IMG/VR virus record: IMGVR_UViG_3300037634_001203
Span: 1-38,983 of that record
DNA length: 38,983 bases
Origin: a virus
Taxonomy: Duplodnaviria; Caudoviricetes
Strand: one strand, 5' to 3'
Below, piece by piece: positions 16,801-26,352 of this stretch (its first letter is position 1; every line of letters begins with the position of its first letter). The notes under the pieces were generated by a model that saw nothing but the letters and a program-made list of their open reading frames with translations, had not been told where the DNA came from and did not search any database. Made by a program: the position numbers and the translations under genes.

Positions 16801-19571
16801 GGGCTAATTGGGAATTAGATCAAATAGTCAAATCAGCTAATGGTTTTTTTAGGTCTGTTTATACATCTCAGAATCCAGTGTTTGCTGTTAAGAATGGTAT
16901 TATTGATTCTTTGACTGTGCAGCTTAGGGCAGGGGTTGGAATCCATAAATCAGCAGCAGCTATTATTAAAAGTGTTACTAAAGCTGCTTTTCGTGTTGAG
17001 GACAGGCTTGCCACTTCTATGAAAGAGAGTGGAGGTTTAGGTGGTGTATTTTATCAGAATCAGATAGCTAAAAATATTCAAGATGAGATAGCTAAGAATG
17101 CTCAAGATGGTGCTATTTATATAACAGGGAAGATGGATAGTAAACAATTGTCTAAAGTTTTGAATGATAGTGTGTGGTCTAAGTTGGGCAAGGTTGTTCC
17201 TGCATTTGGTCAGGCAATTGAACAAGCCCCAAGGCTAGCTGTTGCTAAGAAGTCTTTAGTCAAGCAAATTGGGCAGAAGGAGTATGATCGTATATTCAAA
17301 GAACTCTCTTTAGAAGAATTTAACAGGGAGATGCGAGAGGGATGGAGAAGGGTTTATGATGTTAATGGTAATAGGATTTCAAGTGATATGATGGATTCTG
17401 CTGCTAAAGGGTTTGCAGAGTCTGTTGAGTTTCAGAGGGCAGCTTCTAATGGAATTGAGGCATCGTTAGATTTCGCTAGGGGTGGTAATCAAATACGAAA
17501 GTGGAATGAATACTTTTTGTTTTTAAATGCATCTATGGAAGCTGTTAAAATGCCTTTCAGGTCTTTGGGGGTAAATTTATTCCCTGTTATTAAGCCTAGG
17601 GTCAGGGGAGCATTGGGCGAGCCTGGTCGTAAGGGTGGCGAGGATATATATCAATGGGGTAGTACTACAGAGCAGATGGATCATTATATAAATGAAGCTA
17701 CTAGAATCTTAAGTTTAGGTGCATTGGGTAAGCGTACTACTGGGCTTTCTGGAAGGGTTTTTGATGAGGTTTCAGGTGGGCCTAAAGCTGCTGCTTTACG
17801 TATGGGGGCTGCATTGAGTACATACATGTTGATACAGAATCAATGGAACAAGCAATTTGAGTTTAATGGAACCCCATTGTATTACGACATACCTTCTTAT
17901 ATCCGATATAATTCCTTGATATTTATGTTGCCTCCTGATAAAGATGAGAATGGGGATGTTATTATAGACCCTGCTACAGGAAGACCGAAGCCTAATTATA
18001 TTGTTGCTCCTCATAAATTACGTGAGTGGAATATGTTATTTCAAACTGCTACGTTTATTGATGAGGCTACTGACGAAGATGTGCCTATGGATAAAGCTAA
18101 GTTTTTCAGTGAGCTTGGTAGGAGCACAAGTCCGTTGGATGTGGATAATATAATTCCATTGCCAGAGATTGCTAATGTGGCACTTGAGGAGCTTACTGGA
18201 AGAGATAGGTATTTTGATAGAGATATAGTTGATCCTGATTTACAGGAGTTACCTCCAGAAGAGCAGTATAGCAAGTATACATCTAAAACAGCTAGGAACT
18301 TAGCTGGTGCTATTGATGATGTATTGCCTGATGGGTTACCAGTACCTGAGTTTTTTGAAGAATTGGTTACTAGTCCTCAGAGGTTAGAACATTTATATGA
18401 GAACATATTTGGCACTATTGGTAGGGAATCGTTAAACATGACTGACAAGGGCATAGACGTTTTCAGACATCTTAGGGGTATAGAGCCTAGGCCAATGCAG
18501 CAGCATGTGAAGGAGTTTAGGCAAAACATGACTCCTACTGAACGAAAAGAGTTTATAGCTTCTTTATCTGAAGAGGATTATGCTGAATTTCGGAAGGAAA
18601 TGAAAGAAGCTGAATCAACCACTCCTATTTATGATGCTTTAAAACGATCTTATTATCCACAAAGAGGTGGTGGTTTAAGGGAATTGGCTAGGTCTGAGAC
18701 TCAAAAGGGTTTTCCTGATATAGATCAGGATGCCACGTATAAGGCAGGCAAGCAGGCAGCTAAGGACAGACAAGCTATTAAATTCAAACAGGACAAAGAT
18801 GATGATGAGTTATCTTTATTTGTCTCTAAGGGTAGGGGTAATGGAATGACTCCTAAAGAATGGATAGAAAGCCGTTCTGCTAACTGGGCTCTTTACAGGC
18901 ATGATATTGATCGCCTTTCAGAGGAATATCCAGGTTCTATTTATGCACAGCCTAAAGAGGCTAGAGAGGCTTATTATCAGTCTATAAATACAATAGCTGG
19001 TAATGTTGCTGATATGCGAGATGCTGCTGATGTTGCTCTTGCTGGTTATTATGCTATCGAGCCACCTAGTGATGATCCTACTAATGTTGAATGGGGTAAG
19101 TATTTCACGGCTTTAGATGAGTATGTTGATGCTCTTAGGGTTTCTTCTGAGGCAAAGGGTGATGAGGTTTATACTAATTTCATGAGACGAAGAGAAGCTA
19201 ATGATTCCGACACTGTTAAGAGTTATTATCAGGCAAGGAGATTAATGTCTACTTATTGGAATGTTGGTAGAGATGTTATGGAGTTGTATCCTGGGTTACA
19301 ACAAGGTGCTGATCGATTTCAGTCTATGTGGGATGAGTATTTGAATGCAGATAGTATAACTAAGTCTAGACTCAGGGAGGCTAATCGTTACATCAAAACT
19401 ATGGTTAATAGGCGTAATGTTATGAGGAGAAACATGATTATACAGGATGCTTTAGCTAATGATGGCAAGGCTATTCTTGAAACTACGTTGATTTTTTGGC
19501 ATGGTGAGGATTATTATAGAAGTCCTATAACTAGAGAAGGTAGGGCTTATTATTCTAAGATGTATGAATAA
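13836..19571 (+). CDS. Large internal virion/ejection protein, 1911 aa, with a probable LPD38-like region
   Basis: Large and Cys-free. The LDFARGG...FLNAS...YYDIPSYIRYNSLIF...YIVAP segment resembles large polyvalent phage proteins. Confidence 0.7.
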   Translation: MSMQNNNMNDPRIWDKFRPAFQHAGRTLGQAGGQAFEGFVNLPGIKQGLGFIEGVSQKAVNPFVSQIIAGSPIQGITKDPERRWEAFKTPDGGISWSAVAQANPLSLLARGIGGVARENIPSLQNFRLAPQNTIKAQRLRDEEARREAELGRQLTGRELRMMEQEMYELPKHVRGALQEAPFLAIPPTAAIRASSAAARTGTAISKLGKAAPVAKVGLKGAEAGLYPFQVLEKGAEKALKLPIKGTAKGLGFVGAKTGVTPAAVAAFRAGARKVGREARAAEIIEGSSGKYQPGQWQWDTEAARVKNQTEEFHEIMRQNEELYTDYNTELIRGHIDKYGLGQDEIKVFKPGAVATANEAKDAALKAGNRANQTWTSDDYDRVVRIERGKQRFIDPKTNKLKFVPYEETLTDPDVAMKVGGAMERDILRRSGMEVPDEPTLLAGKPAFVDPDTKQLRLNEFEALPDLRNASDVRREANDIFAESPEMLVDEAFASSDARFYGKEGAKWFKDEFYTLQNPREADMGYRVYKSVRDGFGNNVETPFNTGIDAIRNAIKGGAIRNTANKMVGKTASEKVDNAVNSVTKKFPIHSSADGFVTNVMKWWDGQFGTRILQDYLAQARRTRPGHPSSPSAFGLTDLAKKVVSFGDILPRVTGVGALRGGNRWLNFHIHEIQPLLQTGITTDVIEKRLFAKVWLKHHSVAQQNAPVFKGDVGKEIGDNFFPKYFDKSKNLKIDDNAAYIRIGKKVEGQTQTEADLSMLKNWDDDNWWLQQTNPTTGNLYTQAQVDAMKKGLLRTSKLYQGERLRLLNNEIISRSEYDYFTRNYKFYSPSRYLENKISDDFVDVPNAAGSRSRLGNVERDIYNLAANDRSKYKLPPMIDELLGQELIKNEVNIGKNQLYRKFMRSGIPEELNLKDVTDEFYEIDSRGAQVRKTNAKGKATKEIYDSDKKAGYIQFMKDGRRVVFGDANAKAVPKVLWDSMMGPGGIGSRANWELDQIVKSANGFFRSVYTSQNPVFAVKNGIIDSLTVQLRAGVGIHKSAAAIIKSVTKAAFRVEDRLATSMKESGGLGGVFYQNQIAKNIQDEIAKNAQDGAIYITGKMDSKQLSKVLNDSVWSKLGKVVPAFGQAIEQAPRLAVAKKSLVKQIGQKEYDRIFKELSLEEFNREMREGWRRVYDVNGNRISSDMMDSAAKGFAESVEFQRAASNGIEASLDFARGGNQIRKWNEYFLFLNASMEAVKMPFRSLGVNLFPVIKPRVRGALGEPGRKGGEDIYQWGSTTEQMDHYINEATRILSLGALGKRTTGLSGRVFDEVSGGPKAAALRMGAALSTYMLIQNQWNKQFEFNGTPLYYDIPSYIRYNSLIFMLPPDKDENGDVIIDPATGRPKPNYIVAPHKLREWNMLFQTATFIDEATDEDVPMDKAKFFSELGRSTSPLDVDNIIPLPEIANVALEELTGRDRYFDRDIVDPDLQELPPEEQYSKYTSKTARNLAGAIDDVLPDGLPVPEFFEELVTSPQRLEHLYENIFGTIGRESLNMTDKGIDVFRHLRGIEPRPMQQHVKEFRQNMTPTERKEFIASLSEEDYAEFRKEMKEAESTTPIYDALKRSYYPQRGGGLRELARSETQKGFPDIDQDATYKAGKQAAKDRQAIKFKQDKDDDELSLFVSKGRGNGMTPKEWIESRSANWALYRHDIDRLSEEYPGSIYAQPKEAREAYYQSINTIAGNVADMRDAADVALAGYYAIEPPSDDPTNVEWGKYFTALDEYVDALRVSSEAKGDEVYTNFMRRREANDSDTVKSYYQARRLMSTYWNVGRDVMELYPGLQQGADRFQSMWDEYLNADSITKSRLREANRYIKTMVNRRNVMRRNMIIQDALANDGKAILETTLIFWHGEDYYRSPITREGRAYYSKMYE

Positions 19572-19618
19572 ATTTATTGTATAATAGTAATAGCAAATTA
19601 TAAAAGTAGAGGTACATA

Positions 19619-20398
19619 ATGGTAAATAAGGCAGAACAACCAGAACAACAACCTATAGAAAATCCTATTAATACTACTGTGGATGTCACTGATCAGTTTA
19701 ATGATGTGGATACACCACCTGATGGTAGTAATAGTGTGTCTGAGGCAGATGCATCGCCATCTACCGAGCCAGACACTGCTTCTACATCAGAAGGTACTGA
19801 ACAGCCTTCTGTTGAGCCACCTCCCCCTGCTGCTGAGGCTCCTGTAATGCCACCGCCAACTGATGATTTGGAAAAGCGTATACAGGAAATTGAGCAACAA
19901 AATACACAGTATAGAGCTCAACAGCAGCAATCAGAGTTGATACAGCAGAAAGAAACATATAGAACTCAACTAGAGGGTGCTGGCTATTTGCCAGAACAGG
20001 CAACTCAATTAGCTGAAGATTGGTCTGCTACCCAGAGTAATATATCTAAAATTCAGCAAGACAGTCTGCAAAGGGAAAGATTCGTACAGGGTCAAGCCAA
20101 TGCAGCAGAACATTTTGCTAAAACATATAGTCTGCAATTAGCAGACTTATCTGAGTTGCGTAAACACACCACTCCTGAAAGCATGGAAGAAGCTGCGAAA
20201 CGCATCAAGTCTGATAGAGACAAGGATGCAGAATTAACTAGGCTGAGGGCACAGTTGGTTCCTTCGCAGGACTTTGATGACAGTCAAAGTACGCCTGCTG
20301 CTTCTAATGATGAGGATAGGTGGCTTGAAAAGTACAATCAAGGTGATCGTTCTGAACAAGCATCAGCGGCAGCACGAAGGGCTGCTGGTTTAGGTTGA
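19619..20398 (+). CDS. Capsid scaffolding protein
   Basis: Acidic Pro-rich N-terminus plus coiled coil; immediately upstream of the major capsid gene. Confidence 0.75.
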   Translation: MVNKAEQPEQQPIENPINTTVDVTDQFNDVDTPPDGSNSVSEADASPSTEPDTASTSEGTEQPSVEPPPPAAEAPVMPPPTDDLEKRIQEIEQQNTQYRAQQQQSELIQQKETYRTQLEGAGYLPEQATQLAEDWSATQSNISKIQQDSLQRERFVQGQANAAEHFAKTYSLQLADLSELRKHTTPESMEEAAKRIKSDRDKDAELTRLRAQLVPSQDFDDSQSTPAASNDEDRWLEKYNQGDRSEQASAAARRAAGLG

Positions 20399-20434
20399 TA
20401 TAAATAATTTAAATAATAACAAGCGAGGTAAATC

Positions 20435-21310
20435 ATGGCTCAGACAGCCACAACGGGTAGTTTAGAAAATGCCCAGAAAACAATAATCGCTGCTGCTCGG
20501 TATACTGAGGAGCACAACGCACCAGCTATGGCTCTTACACAGAAGTTTAATCTTCCAAAGGGTAATAAGCAGGTAACCGTTCCTAAAGTTGGACAGATGA
20601 CAATGTCTGATTTGGTTGACGGACAAGATATCATTGATGAAGAAGATATCGGAATGTCTACTGTTGACTTAACAGCAGCAGAAGTTGGAGCTAAAGTAGT
20701 ATTGACTGACAAGTTAGTACGACAAAACGGAACTACTGATGTTTTCACTATGATAGGAAAACAGCTTGGTGATGGTATGGCTCGAAAGAAGGACAAAGAT
20801 GTTCTTGCTTTATATACAAACTTAAATGGTGGTACTAAATTAGGTGCTGCTACTAAGTATATGAAGGCTTCTAACGTACAAGGTATTATCGCTTATGCGA
20901 AAGCTAATAACTTTGGATCGCAGATATACATATTGCATCATCCAAACGCAGTAGCTTACCTTTCTAAAGAAGCTGCTACGGTAGCTTCTAGTCCATCAGC
21001 TATACCTGAAGGTTGGTCAGAAGATTTGCTCAAGAGTTTCTGGAGTGGATTGCGACCAATGAACAACGTAGCTATCTTTGAAGATGGAAACATAACAGAA
21101 GATAGTTCTGGTGATGGTATTGGTGTGATAGCTGACAAGTCAGCATTGGCAACTTTAACTAGCGTAGAGACTAGAACTGAACGTCAAAGAGATGCATCAC
21201 TTCGGGCAACCGAAGTAGTTTTAACGGCAGATTATGGAGTTTTTGAATTAGATGACTCCAGAGGTGCTGGTGTTACTTTTGATGTAACAGCTTTGGCAAG
21301 TAACAACTAA
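20435..21310 (+). CDS. Major capsid protein (HK97 fold)
   Basis: 291 aa with VTVPK, a GDGMARKKDKDVL spine helix, HP, and C-terminal ETRTERQRD...ADYGVFEL. Confidence 0.9.
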   Translation: MAQTATTGSLENAQKTIIAAARYTEEHNAPAMALTQKFNLPKGNKQVTVPKVGQMTMSDLVDGQDIIDEEDIGMSTVDLTAAEVGAKVVLTDKLVRQNGTTDVFTMIGKQLGDGMARKKDKDVLALYTNLNGGTKLGAATKYMKASNVQGIIAYAKANNFGSQIYILHHPNAVAYLSKEAATVASSPSAIPEGWSEDLLKSFWSGLRPMNNVAIFEDGNITEDSSGDGIGVIADKSALATLTSVETRTERQRDASLRATEVVLTADYGVFELDDSRGAGVTFDVTALASNN

Positions 21311-21329
21311 ACTTAGGCAGGGGTAAATC

Positions 21330-21737
21330 ATGTCAACAAACATAACTGAACGAAACAAGTTAAAAGAAGAATTAGCTGGTTTAGGTTATTCTTTAAAATA
21401 CATAGACGAATGGACTCCTAAAACTAGATTGTATAGGCATAAGGCTTCATATAATGTAGAAGGTGAGATCATGGATGAAGTAGGTACTTACATGGATAAT
21501 GTACCTGGTAATCCTGACTATGTGCAAAAGAAGGCTAGGATAGGTTTGTTTACATGGAAACCTGGGCCTGATTGTAGTTGTAGATGGTGTGCTGAATCTT
21601 TTAAGAAGCTAGCCGAGAAGCCAGACATGGTTACTGAGGCTTGTAACTTATGTGATTACGTTGGTGAGGCTAAGACAGCCTTTGGTTTAGCACCAAAGAT
21701 GAAGTCACACAGACGCAAGGTACACGAAACACAGTAG
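21330..21737 (+). CDS. Zn-binding protein, 135 aa
   Basis: CSCRWC and a C2H2-like CNLC...HRRKVH. Confidence 0.8.
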   Translation: MSTNITERNKLKEELAGLGYSLKYIDEWTPKTRLYRHKASYNVEGEIMDEVGTYMDNVPGNPDYVQKKARIGLFTWKPGPDCSCRWCAESFKKLAEKPDMVTEACNLCDYVGEAKTAFGLAPKMKSHRRKVHETQ

Positions 21738-21744
21738 TTTAATA

Positions 21745-21828
21745 GGGTTCTGGAAGGTGTAAAGATAGACCGAGCCTTCCAGAGTCCTTTAAAAACAACA
21801 TCGGTTTATCGCAGGGCTTTGAACCTGC
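21745..21828 (+). ncRNA. Predicted H-type pseudoknot plus hairpin in the 5' leader of the decoration gene
   Basis: P1 21745-21757/21775-21787 (13 bp), P2 21764-21773/21801-21810 (10 bp), P3 21811-21815/21824-21828. Confidence 0.65.
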
Positions 21829-21858
21829 TTAAATAAATAACCTTGAAGGAGGTTTGAA

Positions 21859-22614
21859 ATGGCATTTCCATTAACAATAAATTTGTCTTATGGACAAGAA
21901 AAAGTAGAGACTTCTGAGCAAAAACAGAAGCTAGGTACAAGAGCAACTACCCCAGATGGTAGAGTGTTTTATTATGCTGAAAATAGCGGTACAGCTATTA
22001 CTCATGGTGGTTACTTAGTAGATGGTATTGCTGCAGTTGCAGCTCACGACATGGATGTAGCAGCCGCTGCTACGTCAGCAGGGAATACTACGTTTACTAG
22101 TGGCACTTCTCTTACTACTACTAAAGACCAGTATAAAGATGGATATCTTTATTTTAACGATGGCCCAGGACAAGGCGAAACTTACAAAGTTAAGTCTAAT
22201 ACTGCGGTATCTGGTGCAACTGGCTTATCAATTACTATTGATGAACCAGATGGACTCAGAACAGCGTTAACCACATCTTCTTTGTTTGGATTGATGTACA
22301 GTCCTTACAAAGACATCAAGATCATTGATGGTGATGGAACTATGACTACTGGAGTTGTTGGTGTAACTGTTATACCTGTAACAGCAGATTATTTCTGTTG
22401 GGTACAGACAGCAGGGCCATGTTCTGTAAGATTAGGGGCACAGGTAGGTGTTGTTGGTGACGCAATAACATGGTCACAGGCAAGCGGTGAAGATGGAGAA
22501 GCAGAAAGAACTGATTACTCCGATGAAGCAGACATTGTTAACATTGGTACTGCAATGGGTATACCTGCGGTAGACTCAGACAACCAATGGTGTATGTTAA
22601 ACATTAGGCAGTAA
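21859..22614 (+). CDS. Capsid decoration/cement-like protein, 251 aa
   Basis: LGTR...DGRVFYY and YFCWVQTAGP motifs; strong RBS AAGGAGG; lies after the major capsid gene. Confidence 0.65.
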   Translation: MAFPLTINLSYGQEKVETSEQKQKLGTRATTPDGRVFYYAENSGTAITHGGYLVDGIAAVAAHDMDVAAAATSAGNTTFTSGTSLTTTKDQYKDGYLYFNDGPGQGETYKVKSNTAVSGATGLSITIDEPDGLRTALTTSSLFGLMYSPYKDIKIIDGDGTMTTGVVGVTVIPVTADYFCWVQTAGPCSVRLGAQVGVVGDAITWSQASGEDGEAERTDYSDEADIVNIGTAMGIPAVDSDNQWCMLNIRQ

Positions 22615-22618
22615 GAAA

Positions 22619-22975
22619 ATGGTTGAACTATGGACGCCTCAAGGCTCTACTTATATTGGCGAAGAACTCGTTGGTTATAATGGCGAGACTTCTGCGTCCA
22701 TAGTTATCCACACGTTCCAGTTTTATGATCCTGTGACAGACAGAAGGCAAATGGTTAAAATACCTGCTGACCCTGAAGTGTCCAGGGATCATGTGGAGGA
22801 TATGGCAGCTCAAGCATTGGAGAATTTTCTTCTGGAATGTAAGGGTTTTAATGATACGAAGAAACCTACAGAGGATCAAAGAAAAGAAATAGGCAGACAG
22901 ATAGAGGAGTTTAGGGTTTATAATTCTAAGCGAAAAGAGAGTACGAATAACAGGATATATTATAGAGGTACATAA
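22619..22975 (+). CDS. Hypothetical protein, 118 aa
   Basis: ORF track; co-oriented within the operon. Confidence 0.8.
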   Translation: MVELWTPQGSTYIGEELVGYNGETSASIVIHTFQFYDPVTDRRQMVKIPADPEVSRDHVEDMAAQALENFLLECKGFNDTKKPTEDQRKEIGRQIEEFRVYNSKRKESTNNRIYYRGT

Positions 22976-23151
22976 TGGTCGCAAATAATACTGAAATTAA
23001 TATTACACAAAATGATTATGCTGAATTACTTAGAGTAAAGATAGCTATTATTGTTAACTTAGAACTCCAGGTATCAGCTTTAAAACGAACTGTAATAGAA
23101 TTGCAGGAGTCAAATAATGCCGATACAAGCAAGGACAAGAAAACAACTTAG
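22975..23151 (+). CDS. Small coiled-coil protein, 58 aa (MVANNTEINIT...), not in the ORF track
   Basis: Translated by hand; RBS AGAGGT and TAATG coupling. Confidence 0.7.
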   Translation: MVANNTEINITQNDYAELLRVKIAIIVNLELQVSALKRTVIELQESNNADTSKDKKTT

Positions 23152-24379
23152 GCAATCTATAGGATATAGGTTAGGTGCTCTTGAAACAGGCACTACTTAC
23201 GATGCGGGATCTACGACCACGTTAATATCACTGACGTTTGTTGGTGGAGATGACAACTATAATGGTAATTGGGTTACAGTTTTTGACACAAGTAACTCTG
23301 ATAATGCTGAAACTAGAATTGCAAGTGACTACACAGCATCTGCTTATAGAATAACTTTACAACAGGCTTTATCGTTCTCTACTGTTGCTGGTGATACTTT
23401 TGAGATATGGAGTAAGGGGTATAATCCAGAAATTATTGATGAGTTTATTAATCAGGCAATTATAGAGGCAACAGGGTTAGTTTATGACCCTATAGAGAAT
23501 TTAGGTTTACATGCTGATGGATCAAGCCTTAGATACGATATACCTTCTAACATATCAATGGTAAACAATGTTTATTACAGGAGTGCAGTTTCTTTTACTT
23601 TACTTCATAGTTGTAATGAGGTATTTGACGAGACTGTAGATTCGGATTTTACTGCCAGTGTTGATACGGAGGATAAGAAGAAAGGTACTGGGGCTAACAA
23701 GTTTGTGATAGCTGCAGGGGCTTCTGCTGGGGACATAGCTACAGATTCTATAGATAGCAAAGATATAAGTAAGTATGATTATTTAGAGTGTTGGGTAAAA
23801 AGTACAGTAGCCACATCTGCGGGTAACTTAAAGATATTGTTAGATGATACCGCAAGTTGTGCAACTCCCATAGAGACACTAAGTGTTCCTGCATTAAGTG
23901 CAGACACATGGACATATGTAAGGATCGCATTAGCTAACCCTGAGACTGACACAGCTATTATTTCAGTAGGATTAGAGTACGACTCTGATCTAGGGGCATG
24001 TACAGTCTGGTTAGATGACATTAAGGCAGTGCAAAACGATACTGCTGTATGGGAAAGGTTAGATCGGCGTTTATGGGGTATAGATAAGGAAGCTGGGGAT
24101 TTAACTATAACTGAATCTGGTAAGTTTGAAGTTGGGTATGGTTTATTAAAACTCACAGGTGGAGATGAACCTGCTTTATTGTCTTCTGATACAGCTACTA
24201 CTGAGATAGATGATTCATATGTTATATCCAGGGCTACCTCAATAGCATTATTGGCAGCTTCTGCTGGCCCAGCTACTGATCCTGATGCATTAAGGCAACA
24301 GGCATCTTTCGAGTTTGGTTTGTCAGAACAAGCCAAGAGAAGGTTCCCTATCCTTATGAATGTGAGGACAGTTGAATAA
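23117..24379 (+). CDS. Head-tail adaptor-like virion protein with inserted beta-rich domains, 420 aa
   Basis: TRKQLRQSIG...IDEFINQAI helices and a C-terminal helical pair are typical of podoviral adaptors; the central region resembles a carbohydrate-binding domain. Confidence 0.6.
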   Translation: MPIQARTRKQLRQSIGYRLGALETGTTYDAGSTTTLISLTFVGGDDNYNGNWVTVFDTSNSDNAETRIASDYTASAYRITLQQALSFSTVAGDTFEIWSKGYNPEIIDEFINQAIIEATGLVYDPIENLGLHADGSSLRYDIPSNISMVNNVYYRSAVSFTLLHSCNEVFDETVDSDFTASVDTEDKKKGTGANKFVIAAGASAGDIATDSIDSKDISKYDYLECWVKSTVATSAGNLKILLDDTASCATPIETLSVPALSADTWTYVRIALANPETDTAIISVGLEYDSDLGACTVWLDDIKAVQNDTAVWERLDRRLWGIDKEAGDLTITESGKFEVGYGLLKLTGGDEPALLSSDTATTEIDDSYVISRATSIALLAASAGPATDPDALRQQASFEFGLSEQAKRRFPILMNVRTVE

Positions 24380-26352
24380 TGGCAGAGAAGGTAGTATCAA
24401 AAAATGAGATATCTCTTGGTGGAACATATTATCCATTAAGCAGGCCAGTGCAAAGTGTATTAGCTTCTATATATCCGTCTAAGGTTGTTATAGGAGATAC
24501 TACTAAGGATTCTAGTTTAAGAAGTTCTGTTATTGCATGGAGTGACTGGAGGGGCGGTATAGGTGTAGAAAGGATGCAGGGGGCTTCTGATGCTGATAGA
24601 GCTTGGTATTCAACCTGTAATCTTAGACACAGGCATCATCTAGTATTGCCTGCTAAGTCTACGGCTACGGCTGCTACAGATGCTGATGGTGACAGTATTA
24701 CAGGAATAATATCGTTTATACAGGATCTAGCAGCTATATTATATGCAGGATGGGGAACAGCTCCATATTATTACTCAGAAGCTAGTGACAGGTGGACTAG
24801 GGTTACTAGTAGCAGTAGTGCTTATTCTTTCCCTAGCACTCCTAGTGATTCTATTACTGTTCGTATGGCTGGTACAGACTATATAGTAGTAGCACATACT
24901 ACAGGGTATAGTTATTTTTCTAGTGCAACTACTGTTTACAACATGGATACAGATGCAAAGTATCTTGCTTTTTGGGATGACAGATTATGGGGGATAGATT
25001 CAGCAGGACAATTATGGTATACACTTACTATAAGCGGAACACCTGTTAATGATGCTAAATTGCCTGTACAGGATGGATTTGTAACAGACTTGTTTGTTGG
25101 CAGAGATGCTGCTGGTAATCAGATATTATATGCTGCTACTAAGGTAGGCTTATATGCACATGACGTTGCTAATGCCAGGTGGGTTGAGACTCAGTTTCAG
25201 TTGCCTTTTCATGATTTTAATGGAGTAGGTAGTGTGAGATGGAGGGATGCTGTATACAATCCTAGTGGATTAGGTATTTATAAATATATTAATGGTAATA
25301 ATAATGCTGTTGTGACAGTTATGGGGCCTGACAGGGATGATGGTATTCCTTCTACATATAGAGGAACTGTTAAAAAATTAGTAGGTACACACACAGAATT
25401 GTTAGCTGCTATAGATGCAACTACATCACCTGGTGCTGTATCAAGCACAAGTATTCCTCATCAATATGGAGCAACGGCGGGTATGTCTGCTCACAGTTCT
25501 CCAGTTATAGCTGCTAGTAGTGGGCAATCTTCTATAGTAGCCTGGAACGACACAGGGTGGGAAACTAAGTGGGTTTCTGGAGCTGGTGCAGCAGGTAAGG
25601 CTATTAATACAATGTTGGTTACAAATGCTGGCAAAGGTGATTATAGGCTATGGTGGGGATTTGATGGGAAGGTCTATCACCAATTGATTCCTTTTGATGT
25701 TACTAATCCGTCACAATTAAGTGCACAAGATGGTACTGATTATCAATACGAAACTACAGGATTTCACGAAACACCCTGGTTTGATGCACAGCAATCAGAT
25801 ATTGATAAGCTGGCATTAACACTAAAGGTAGAGGTGCAAGATGTATCAAGCGATGAAACTGTAGCTGTTTCTTATGCAACAGATTATTCTACTAGCTATA
25901 CAGCATTAACGACCATCACTAGCACGACACTAGGTGACACTGAGGGTACTCAAACATTTTCGTTGCCAAATAGCACCACTCCAAATGGGGTTGCATTTAG
26001 GTCAATCAAGTTTAAGTTAACATTATCCAGGGAATCTGGTACTACAGCAGCGATTATGAAAAAGAGTCCTGATGTAGTTTCTATATCATTAGAATACAGG
26101 AAGAAACTAGATGCTAAGTATGGGCATAGTGTAGAGGTTAATTTAAATAGGACTTATAAGGGAAAAACACCTAAACAGTTGAGGTCTGAGTTAGTTGATG
26201 CAATAGAATCTAATACGTTAAATGAGTTTACATTCAGAGATGATGATGGTGGTACTCGCAACTACTACGTAGATGTTACATCTGCTACAGGAATAGAATA
26301 CACAGGGTATGATGAACGGGGTACATCAAGAATAACATTAGTGGAGCCGTAA
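24379..26352 (+). CDS. Tail nozzle/tubular protein B-like, 657 aa
   Basis: SDWRGGIG start and beta-propeller-like composition; follows the adaptor gene. Confidence 0.65.
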   Translation: MAEKVVSKNEISLGGTYYPLSRPVQSVLASIYPSKVVIGDTTKDSSLRSSVIAWSDWRGGIGVERMQGASDADRAWYSTCNLRHRHHLVLPAKSTATAATDADGDSITGIISFIQDLAAILYAGWGTAPYYYSEASDRWTRVTSSSSAYSFPSTPSDSITVRMAGTDYIVVAHTTGYSYFSSATTVYNMDTDAKYLAFWDDRLWGIDSAGQLWYTLTISGTPVNDAKLPVQDGFVTDLFVGRDAAGNQILYAATKVGLYAHDVANARWVETQFQLPFHDFNGVGSVRWRDAVYNPSGLGIYKYINGNNNAVVTVMGPDRDDGIPSTYRGTVKKLVGTHTELLAAIDATTSPGAVSSTSIPHQYGATAGMSAHSSPVIAASSGQSSIVAWNDTGWETKWVSGAGAAGKAINTMLVTNAGKGDYRLWWGFDGKVYHQLIPFDVTNPSQLSAQDGTDYQYETTGFHETPWFDAQQSDIDKLALTLKVEVQDVSSDETVAVSYATDYSTSYTALTTITSTTLGDTEGTQTFSLPNSTTPNGVAFRSIKFKLTLSRESGTTAAIMKKSPDVVSISLEYRKKLDAKYGHSVEVNLNRTYKGKTPKQLRSELVDAIESNTLNEFTFRDDDGGTRNYYVDVTSATGIEYTGYDERGTSRITLVEP

